Shown here: positions 18,842 to 26,041 of the stretch, piece after piece | Numbering within the stretch: the first letter of the stretch is position 1 | Layout of the letters: each line of letters begins with the position of its first letter | Origin: Candidatus Bathyarchaeota archaeon | GTDB lineage: Archaea > Thermoproteota > Bathyarchaeia > Bathyarchaeales > Bathyarchaeaceae | Direction of reading: 5' to 3' | DNA: 32,539 nt | Assembly: GCA_020348945.1 (NCBI GenBank) | Contig: CP070759.1 | Coordinates: 1,172,074-1,204,612, forward strand | The notes under the pieces: model-generated | Told to the model about the DNA's origin: nothing | Databases searched by the model: none | What the model saw: only the letters and a program-made list of their open reading frames with translations | Program-made: the position numbers and the translations under genes

Positions 18842-19078
18842 ATGCAATTGTTACATATGTACATGCACGCGCCTAAAAAGTTGCGCCCAAAAACACCACC
18901 ACGAAAAAAAGAAAAAGAAGCAGTTCCACCTCAATTTTCAAAAGAAGAATGGAAGACCTTAATACAATATTTCACCCGCATGTATCATCAGGATAAGCAT
19001 GGAAAAACATCGTCATATACAGTAGATTGGTTCCCAGGCTTGCGTTTCCCAAAAATAAGCGAAAAAGACAAACGCTAA
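18842..19078 (+). CDS. Possible small basic hypothetical protein (start uncertain)
   Basis: ORF in an otherwise empty intergenic region; basic/Pro-rich N-terminus followed by an amphipathic helix FSKEEWKTLIQYF. Confidence 0.35.
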   Translation: MQLLHMYMHAPKKLRPKTPPRKKEKEAVPPQFSKEEWKTLIQYFTRMYHQDKHGKTSSYTVDWFPGLRFPKISEKDKR

Positions 19079-19240
19079 CATTCACAGACTATTCTGTTAT
19101 TACTTGTGCACTTGGTTCTTCAAGCCTCCACACGCATATTTAACCGTTGTAAGTCACTGGAATTTAGCGTCAGTTGTGCATGTTACGCACTGTTTTTTTT
19201 AAATCTACTAATCGCGTAACAACATTGGAGATTAAACTTT

Positions 19241-19630
19241 ATGTCGACTGCTGACGAGGAGGAGGAATCTTATTACGAAGGAGAAGAAGAAGAGGAGACT
19301 CAACTTCTGAACGCTGAGGAAGTCACTCTAATAGCAACCAATTTTTTGAGAAGACTGGGAAACAAGCGTGGCCTTAAACCAGTTAAAGCTACTTTGGAAG
19401 AAGAAAGATACATTGTGGATGTTGAGTTAAAAAAGAAAATTGCGACGGTGCAGATCGATGCCATCAATCAGGGAATTAAGGAATACGAGATCAAAGGCAA
19501 AGCGAAAGAAATCGTGTCTTCTTTCCCACTTACACGAAAAAACATATTCTTAATATGCGGAATTATAATCATAGCGATTCTTGTTTCCGGTCTCTTGGGA
19601 GTTCAATCATTTTTACCCAGCTTGTTATAG
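19241..19630 (+). CDS. Hypothetical tail-anchored protein with an acidic N-terminus and a PepSY-like domain
   Basis: GGAG SD; poly-Glu N-terminus; AEEVTLIA...YIVDV...VQIDA..G pattern; C-terminal TM helix IFLICGIIIIAILVSGLLGV. Confidence 0.7.
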   Translation: MSTADEEEESYYEGEEEEETQLLNAEEVTLIATNFLRRLGNKRGLKPVKATLEEERYIVDVELKKKIATVQIDAINQGIKEYEIKGKAKEIVSSFPLTRKNIFLICGIIIIAILVSGLLGVQSFLPSLL

Positions 19631-19715
19631 CATTCATCTGACAGATAGACTGCGTGCATTGAACGAGTATATGCGGAAAAAGCTAACCTAACGGCTTCAT
19701 TCTTTTCAATAGTTT

Positions 19716-20879
19716 CTATTGGGTGACAGAGTGATACCACTGGATTATGTACTCTGGCAGCTTCAGTCCTCGTTCACTAAATCTTTCAGCCAGTTTAACT
19801 GGTAAAGGGCTCAAAACGTATGCTGTTCTCATGTAAAACCTTCTAGGTTGACCTAGTTTAACTGCTTCTTTTAGAGTTATATTGAAGTCTGACTTTTTGG
19901 CTAAAGTTGACTTTTTTGTTCCCGTAATAGACAGAACAACTCCATTCAGCTTTTTGAAGACGTTGCACCAGCTGATGACAGGTTTGGTTTCTCCAGAAAA
20001 TGACACCAAAATCTCAAAGTCTCCAGCTCTAGGATGCGGAGTGCTCACGCCTCTGGCTATGTAAACGTTGTCTCCCAAGAAACCCTTTATGTGAAAAAGT
20101 CTTATACCAGCCATCTTGACGATTTCGTTTGCTGTGCCCTTTCCGCCTAGAAACACGTTGCTCCGTCTTTCCAGCAGATCAACTAAGTGCGTGTAGGTCT
20201 CTGATTCTACATTCGAGTCGATCATTGGCCCTAGCTTAGTGAATTCTTCCTCGCAGAGTCGAAAAACTCCATCTACCCGTAAGTTTCGAAAAATCGCTTC
20301 CGTCATCATACATAAAAGGAGCAAGCTTCCCAGCTCGAACATGTCGCCCATGATACCTATCTCGCTGTATTCAAAGGAGGGCTTCGATTTTCCTCGCCCT
20401 CTCAGCTCAACCACATGTCCATGTTCACTGACTATCTGAGTTAACGGAGAGTTCATGTTAGAAGTTACGAGTCCCATGGAAAAACTTGACGCTTTTTTGT
20501 CTTCTATGTATCTTGCCAAATCTTCCGCCATCGTCTTGGGGTCTCCAGAGAGACCGCTTCCAGAGTTGATCAAAAGCAGAATTCTTTTGTATCGTCTTTC
20601 GAGTTCGGCTGCCGCATCGTACATGTTTTTTCCAGGAAAGCCTGGGTCATCCGGAGTCAGCACAACTTTGTTTCTCCAGCCTATCTGGCTCATTGCGATT
20701 TGGCTCATGGCGGCATTCAAAGAATACAGTGACCTGCCTGATCCACCGCAGACTACGCAGTCGGCGGATTTCAGGTCTTCGTATAGTGGCAGCAGTTTTT
20801 TTCTTTTTAGACTGAGAAGGTTGTCTCTGATCCTGTTGACGTATCCTACCTTGCTGATCTTGCTTCTGATCTCACTCAC
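19716..20879 (-). CDS. Tandem SIS-domain protein (two 6-phospho-3-hexuloisomerase-like domains)
   Basis: Domain 1: GGSGRS...INSGSG...FELGSLL. Domain 2: VFLGGKG...IRL...VSFSGET...SITGTKKSTLAKKSD. Confidence 0.72.
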   Translation of the reverse strand: MSEIRSKISKVGYVNRIRDNLLSLKRKKLLPLYEDLKSADCVVCGGSGRSLYSLNAAMSQIAMSQIGWRNKVVLTPDDPGFPGKNMYDAAAELERRYKRILLLINSGSGLSGDPKTMAEDLARYIEDKKASSFSMGLVTSNMNSPLTQIVSEHGHVVELRGRGKSKPSFEYSEIGIMGDMFELGSLLLLCMMTEAIFRNLRVDGVFRLCEEEFTKLGPMIDSNVESETYTHLVDLLERRSNVFLGGKGTANEIVKMAGIRLFHIKGFLGDNVYIARGVSTPHPRAGDFEILVSFSGETKPVISWCNVFKKLNGVVLSITGTKKSTLAKKSDFNITLKEAVKLGQPRRFYMRTAYVLSPLPVKLAERFSERGLKLPEYIIQWYHSVTQ

Positions 20880-21071
20880 ACCTCATTCAAGAAGTGCTTC
20901 TAACGGTTCTAAACAAACGTGGGAGATTTTAGCTGAAAAATCTTTCCCATAAGCGTTTTGAAAAAAAGTTTAATGCACGCACGTAATGTACCATATTATA
21001 ACTGAAATACATTTATGTTAAACTAATTTAGTTAAGCATATATTAACCCCCAGAACGTAGGAGGCGCATGT

Positions 21072-21512
21072 TTGAAGCGAGAATATCCTACACAGCCTGT
21101 TGCAAGCGTTGGAGCACTCATCGTGCACGAGGGAAAGCTCCTCATCGTAAAAAGAGGAGTGGAACCATCAAAGGGCAAATGGAGCATTCCAGGCGGAGCC
21201 GTTGAACTCGGCGAGAGGATTCGAGATGCGCTCCTTCGAGAGGTAAAGGAAGAATGCGGCTTAGACGTGGAAATAGCGTTGGAAAAACCCATGGACGCCA
21301 TCGAAAACATCACAATAAGCAAAGATGGACGCCTCCAGTATCACTACGTTTTGCTACAGTTTCTAGCTCGACTCAAAGGAGGAATCCTAAAACCCGCAAG
21401 CGACGCGCTGGATGCCAAATGGGTTCCTTTAGACGAAGTGGAAAAATACGACTTAACAAAATCTTTTCGTTCATTCTTCCAAAAGCATCAAGATGAACTG
21501 AGAAAAGTTTAG
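21072..21512 (+). CDS. NUDIX hydrolase (ADP-ribose pyrophosphatase-like)
   Basis: Nudix box GGAVELGERIRDALLREVKEECG; AGGAGG SD. Confidence 0.9.
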   Translation: MKREYPTQPVASVGALIVHEGKLLIVKRGVEPSKGKWSIPGGAVELGERIRDALLREVKEECGLDVEIALEKPMDAIENITISKDGRLQYHYVLLQFLARLKGGILKPASDALDAKWVPLDEVEKYDLTKSFRSFFQKHQDELRKV

Positions 21513-22963
21513 TTCTTTTCGGTGAAGAAAAGCCTCGTATGTCCCATCGCTTGAACGTCAAGGGCCTTCACCCTAACAACAACAGGAAAATCTTTCACCG
21601 CCCTTCCAAGAACAAGACAGTGGCGAGGCGGCAAATCTCGTGCGACAGACTTCACTGTTTCAGCGTCCACCTTCGCAGCTCGAGACACGACTTCAAGATC
21701 ATGTTCGTTAGTGAAGTTGAAGAGAAACACATTGTCGGCTTGACGGTAGATGTTTTCCCGTATGGTGTTGGGCTGATTTGTCACGAAAGTGGTGAAAACT
21801 CCGAAGTGTCTCATCCTAGTAACGATGTCGTCCCAGTAAGTTTCGCGGAGGTAAAGATGTGCCTCTTCAGCAAAGAGAAAGACAGCTTTTATTTTCCACT
21901 GAGTTAACATCTCAACAAGCTTTCCAAGCACGTATTCCACCGCGACCTGTCGGTCCACCAAAGAAATGTCGTGCAGGTTTATGACCAAGGCCCCGCCGTT
22001 TCGAATTTTACGAAAGTTTTCCTCAAGACCATTCGCATCTGCTGGATTATCGGTGAAAAAACGGGAGTTCAAAAGACTGTAATAGCGGGAGAAGAGGGCG
22101 TCCCGTACGTGAGTATTGCATTTCCAGTTTTTTATAGTCTCACCGAGCTCATGTAGAGTGAGGGTGCCTTGCTCTTGGAGGAAACGCCATATGCGTCGAA
22201 ACTCTCGAGCAGAGGTTCCTGGAAGGTGAAGAGCGTGGATAAGGATGTCCAGCATAACCCGCAATTTCATCTGGGGAAGTGTCATCTTAAGGTTGTCTCC
22301 TGGGGTGAGCGCTTGAATCTTGCTGAAATGTTCATTTTTTTCTCCATTCGAAGAGAAGCCTAGGTGGGTGTACTCACCGTTGAGGTCTAAAACAACCACC
22401 ATGGCTCCATGATCAATGAGTCCCATGACCAACAGCTTGGAGAGATGGGATTTCCCTGTTTCCTTCTTTCCAGTTACGATGTTCAGTCTTCCGTCTAGAG
22501 TCTGAGCGTCAATGTTGAACTGGGACAATTCCCTTGTCTCACCGAGCTGGATAGGAAGATCAGCGCTTATCTTTGCAAGGGTTAGGAGGGATGTTGTTGG
22601 AAGCTTTTTGATTGTGGACTGGGAACGAGAGGGAAGCCACGAGGCGGTTACCCTTAACTTTCCATCTTCCATGGTTCCGCGAATCTTGCAAACGAGCAAC
22701 CGTGAATCTTGGATATACGCCACATGGGAGATTACCCCTAACGGGTCAAAACTTTCCTCGTGAACAAGATCGTTAGTGGTGGAATTTCGCAGAAGCTCTT
22801 CTAAGATGCCGGGAACGTTGGCGAACTGGACGTCGATTACTTGAGTGATCAAGCTTCTACGAGTTGCAGGGTCTTCTATGAGGAGGTATTCTCCCTTCTC
22901 AACGTTCTCGGTTGGAAGAGCTAGAATTTGAACCGTGTTTCCCTCTTTTCTGTAAAGTCGCAT
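21509..22963 (-). CDS. herA: HerA/FtsK-family (DUF87) ATPase / DNA translocase
   Basis: Walker A GKKETGKS, DLNGEY, Walker B FLFAEEAH, RMRHFG, VTNQP; beta-rich N-terminus. Start MRLYRKEG at 22963, 2 nt after the nurA stop. Confidence 0.8.
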   Translation of the reverse strand: MRLYRKEGNTVQILALPTENVEKGEYLLIEDPATRRSLITQVIDVQFANVPGILEELLRNSTTNDLVHEESFDPLGVISHVAYIQDSRLLVCKIRGTMEDGKLRVTASWLPSRSQSTIKKLPTTSLLTLAKISADLPIQLGETRELSQFNIDAQTLDGRLNIVTGKKETGKSHLSKLLVMGLIDHGAMVVVLDLNGEYTHLGFSSNGEKNEHFSKIQALTPGDNLKMTLPQMKLRVMLDILIHALHLPGTSAREFRRIWRFLQEQGTLTLHELGETIKNWKCNTHVRDALFSRYYSLLNSRFFTDNPADANGLEENFRKIRNGGALVINLHDISLVDRQVAVEYVLGKLVEMLTQWKIKAVFLFAEEAHLYLRETYWDDIVTRMRHFGVFTTFVTNQPNTIRENIYRQADNVFLFNFTNEHDLEVVSRAAKVDAETVKSVARDLPPRHCLVLGRAVKDFPVVVRVKALDVQAMGHTRLFFTEKN

Positions 22964-22965
22964 CG

Positions 22966-24063
22966 CTAATCCTCTGAGCCCTTTCCGAAAAGTCCGAAAA
23001 GAAGTCGACGCACATTTGGCCGCGTAACCATTTTCAGCCCACATTTTTGAGCTATGAAGCGTTGAATGCCTATCACTTCGTTGGCGGTGAAAGTTGAAAA
23101 TATGTGAGCCAAACGTAAAGTTTCGGGATAACTCTGAAGAAACATGTCGTTCCCAAGAAGTCTCTGGACGGCTTCTAATCCATGTTCCCACGAAATCTCT
23201 CTGTCAATGTCCAACCGAAAAGAACAGCTTCCCTTGGTGAGCTTAGCCACAAAAATGTTTCCTAGAAGACACATTGTACCCGAAGTATGGGCAGGGAAAT
23301 CGTTGAATTTGAGCAGGTAAGGCGGTGAACACTTCCCCGATAGGTCAGTCAGTCGATGTCCGGAAAGCCTTAGGCGAGTGATCTTAGAGAACGCCAAGAC
23401 CGTGTTTAGGCGGTTTCTGGCGACTTTCAAGAGTTGAGAAACAACGTTCACTGGACTGTCTATTGTTCCAGCGGTCAGGGAGCCGTCCCAAAGGATGACG
23501 CTTCGATGTAGGGAACAACTGATACCCATCTGAAGCCACCGTTCAAGCAGATTGCACATTCGATTTTGCATGTTAATGAGGCTGGGAGTGTTAGTCTCTC
23601 CTGAACCTTTAAAACAGAATTGTCTGAGCATGCCGTAAATTTCCCGCTTATTTTCCTCTGTTATGTGGAATGGAAATGGCCCGATGCGGAGGCATCTGTA
23701 TCTCCTTTTTTCCCTCCAAACTACAGCTCCCCTCAAGGCGCACAACACTCCGGTTTCGGTTTCTCCAACTTTTATGCTGGAAACGTCCACGGCAACGACC
23801 GTAGTGTCATCGAGAAGGGGTTTCAAGGGTACAGATCGTAACGTGCAGGAGTTGTGATGTGGAAAAGCTAGTGTAATGTTTTCTGTGCTTTCTTTGGCGG
23901 GTTCGTAAGGTGTTATTTCGTTGGGCTGAAAATATTCTCCGTTGATTTTCTTCATGGATCTAAGGCTGAATTCGATGAACCGTTGTGGGAGTTGCAGGTC
24001 TTCGAGGGATTGTGGAAAATTATATTTTGGTGTTGTTGCATAATGTAATTGTTCAATCAACAA
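22966..24063 (-). CDS. nurA: NurA-family nuclease
   Basis: VAVDVSS, ILWDGSL, AFSK, FRLDI, YPETLRLAH; GGTGA SD; directly upstream of herA. Confidence 0.78.
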   Translation of the reverse strand: MLIEQLHYATTPKYNFPQSLEDLQLPQRFIEFSLRSMKKINGEYFQPNEITPYEPAKESTENITLAFPHHNSCTLRSVPLKPLLDDTTVVAVDVSSIKVGETETGVLCALRGAVVWREKRRYRCLRIGPFPFHITEENKREIYGMLRQFCFKGSGETNTPSLINMQNRMCNLLERWLQMGISCSLHRSVILWDGSLTAGTIDSPVNVVSQLLKVARNRLNTVLAFSKITRLRLSGHRLTDLSGKCSPPYLLKFNDFPAHTSGTMCLLGNIFVAKLTKGSCSFRLDIDREISWEHGLEAVQRLLGNDMFLQSYPETLRLAHIFSTFTANEVIGIQRFIAQKCGLKMVTRPNVRRLLFGLFGKGSED

Positions 24064-24097
24064 TATTCACCAATTTGCAGTTTATGGAGGTACTGAG

Positions 24098-24129
24098 TAT
24101 TTAAATATTGCGCATGAACAACATGTTCA
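24098..24129. promoter_or_regulatory. Divergent promoter: palindromic TATA plus inverted repeat
   Basis: TATTTAAATA (24098-24107) and TGAACA-ACA-TGTTCA (24115-24129) between nurA (-) and wHTH gene A (+). Confidence 0.55.
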
Positions 24130-24156
24130 ATACAATAAACAATAAGGGACACAAAC

Positions 24157-24567
24157 ATGTCAGAAGAACCAAAAACTCCAATCCGCCTCAAAATGAAAAT
24201 TGGAAACATGGAGTTCGAAATCGAATGCCGAGAAGACCAACTGGAAAAGACAGTTAAAAAAATCTTATCAACAGTCAAAGAGTACGCCAGAGAGCCAATA
24301 ATGATGCCAGAACGAAGATTGCCCCCCGCGAGAGGTGAAACCTGCAAGGGACTCATACAGAAACTTTGGTCAGAAGGCTGGTTCGCGTCTCCCCGAGGAC
24401 TCGGAGAAGTGCACAGTGAAATGGCACGAAGAGGCTACCACTACGACCGCACCGCAGTGGCACACGCCCTCATCGACTTGGTTAAAGATGGCCTACTAAC
24501 AAGAGAGGGAAGACCTCGCCGTTACCGTTACGCCCAGAAAAGACCTCCACTGACCAGTCAGGTTTGA
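24157..24567 (+). CDS. Winged-helix protein A (N-terminal beta-hairpin/helix plus C-terminal wHTH)
   Basis: IRLKMKIGNMEFEIEC...; PRGLGEVHSEMARRGYHYDRTAVAHALIDLVKDGLLTREG..RYRY. Paralogous to 25536..25949. Confidence 0.78.
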   Translation: MSEEPKTPIRLKMKIGNMEFEIECREDQLEKTVKKILSTVKEYAREPIMMPERRLPPARGETCKGLIQKLWSEGWFASPRGLGEVHSEMARRGYHYDRTAVAHALIDLVKDGLLTREGRPRRYRYAQKRPPLTSQV

Positions 24568-25064
24568 ATCTTTTCCCGAATTTTTAGCAGAATTCCTTCT
24601 TGTAAACGCTTAATCCCAATGGTAGTTATTTTATAATCGCCTTCATCGGTTTTTGTTGCCATTCCTTCCCGACAGAGTTCACTCAGTCGTGTGCTCGTGA
24701 TTTTGGAGCTTTTTCCAAGTCGTGTTTGCAGTTCTTCCTTGGAGAAAGAATTTCCGTTCAAGTGTCCAAGTTTATGGCCTATGTGAGCGGCTAAGAGATA
24801 TAGTTGGATGGTTTCGCTGTCCGTGAGCTTTTGTTTAGAGATGAGAATCTCGGGGCCTTCAGGAGCAATTGCAATGACGCCCTCAACGTTTTCGATGAGT
24901 TTTTGAAGGTCAACGGTGAGCATCACCTTGCGCGCTACATGAAAGGAAGGAATCATTTGGGTGAAGAAACGGTTGACGCTAACCCAAACATCATCTACAT
25001 TACCAACAAACGTTTGTTCAACATCCCTGTACTTAACCTGAACAGTTATCTTCTCTTCACTCAA
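24558..25064 (-). CDS. Winged-helix protein B
   Basis: ITVQVKYRDVEQTFVG...; EGPEIL...KLTDSETI...TRLSELCREGMATK...YKITTIG. Paralogous to 25066..25533. Confidence 0.75.
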   Translation of the reverse strand: MSEEKITVQVKYRDVEQTFVGNVDDVWVSVNRFFTQMIPSFHVARKVMLTVDLQKLIENVEGVIAIAPEGPEILISKQKLTDSETIQLYLLAAHIGHKLGHLNGNSFSKEELQTRLGKSSKITSTRLSELCREGMATKTDEGDYKITTIGIKRLQEGILLKIREKIQT

Positions 25065-25065
25065 C

Positions 25066-25533
25066 TCATTGCCCTCGAAGCTTAGCTAGCAGCTCTTCCT
25101 CAACCCACCTTTCGCCTTGTACAGTTAACTTGAACTCCGGTCTAGACGGGTCTGGTTTAAACACCATTCCCCGCTTGGTCATCTCGTTGAGACGTGCCGG
25201 CACCATAGATTTGATTCCGCTTGAACTGAGCAGTCGGCTGATTTTGGTAGCGGTGCTGACTTTTTCTTCAGAAGCATATAAGACCAGACCAATGGCTTCG
25301 TAGTGGGTTAGCTTTCCTCGAGTAGTTATTACTGGTCCTTCCGTGGTAAGTTCAACGATTCCCTCAAGCTGCGCTTTTATTGGTGGAGCAAGTTTTGTGG
25401 AAACTAGACTGCTTATTTCGCTCATAAACTGGGCGGGCATGGTTCTCAGCGTCTCAAGGATTTCTTGGGCGTTGTCTCCCTCCAAAACTATCTCGCCAAA
25501 AGGAGTTTTGATCTTCACCTGAATCTTTCCCAT
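25066..25533 (-). CDS. Winged-helix protein C
   Basis: IQVKIKTPFGEIVLEG...; EGPVIT...KLTHYEAI...ARLNEMTKRGMVFK...FKLTVQG. ATG 25533 follows AAGGAG. Confidence 0.75.
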   Translation of the reverse strand: MGKIQVKIKTPFGEIVLEGDNAQEILETLRTMPAQFMSEISSLVSTKLAPPIKAQLEGIVELTTEGPVITTRGKLTHYEAIGLVLYASEEKVSTATKISRLLSSSGIKSMVPARLNEMTKRGMVFKPDPSRPEFKLTVQGERWVEEELLAKLRGQ

Positions 25534-25535
25534 GT

Positions 25536-25949
25536 TTATGTCTCCTTTCCAGCCAAAGTGTATACGTAACCCTTTTTCGTTTTCCACCTTTTAATCCTGC
25601 CTTTCTTAACAAGCCACACGAGCACCCCGGAGAGGGTGGTAGCTGGATAGTGTGCCGTATTTGCCTTCATGGCTTCCACCAGTTCAGGCAGGGTTCTGGG
25701 CTGCTGTTTTCCCCAGTCTGTTTCAAGTAGCTTCAAAACTGTTTCACTGCAGTTCGCGGAAGACGATATGGTTGGATAGAGTGGGAGAGTAGATTGAGGC
25801 AGAGTTACGTTGATGTTGGCTGTATCAAAAGCTTTGGAAACGTTTGCCACCAGACTGGGAAGTTCCTCGATAGTTTTTATGACTTCCTCACGTGTTCCAC
25901 TAATCTCTATCTCATGACTGCCGAATTTAACACGAAGTGAAAATGGCAT
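25536..25949 (-). CDS. Winged-helix protein D
   Basis: LRVKFGSHEIEISG...; PRTLPELVEAMKANTAHYPATTLSGVLVWLVKKGRIKR...YVY. ATG 25949 follows GGAG. Confidence 0.75.
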   Translation of the reverse strand: MPFSLRVKFGSHEIEISGTREEVIKTIEELPSLVANVSKAFDTANINVTLPQSTLPLYPTISSSANCSETVLKLLETDWGKQQPRTLPELVEAMKANTAHYPATTLSGVLVWLVKKGRIKRWKTKKGYVYTLAGKET

Positions 25950-26041
25950 CCATTTTTTTCTCCATACTTCGAATATACTGCTGTCCTTTTTAGAATTTAC
26001 GACAAGTGTTAAATTTCTGATTCCAGTTGGTGCCAAGGTCG

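Noticed and set aside
22964-23191. N-terminal extension of HerA, or a possible nurA-herA frameshift fusion
   Set aside because: It overlaps the conserved nurA C-terminus. A separate ATG at 22963 with GAGG upstream explains the layout, and no slippery site is evident.
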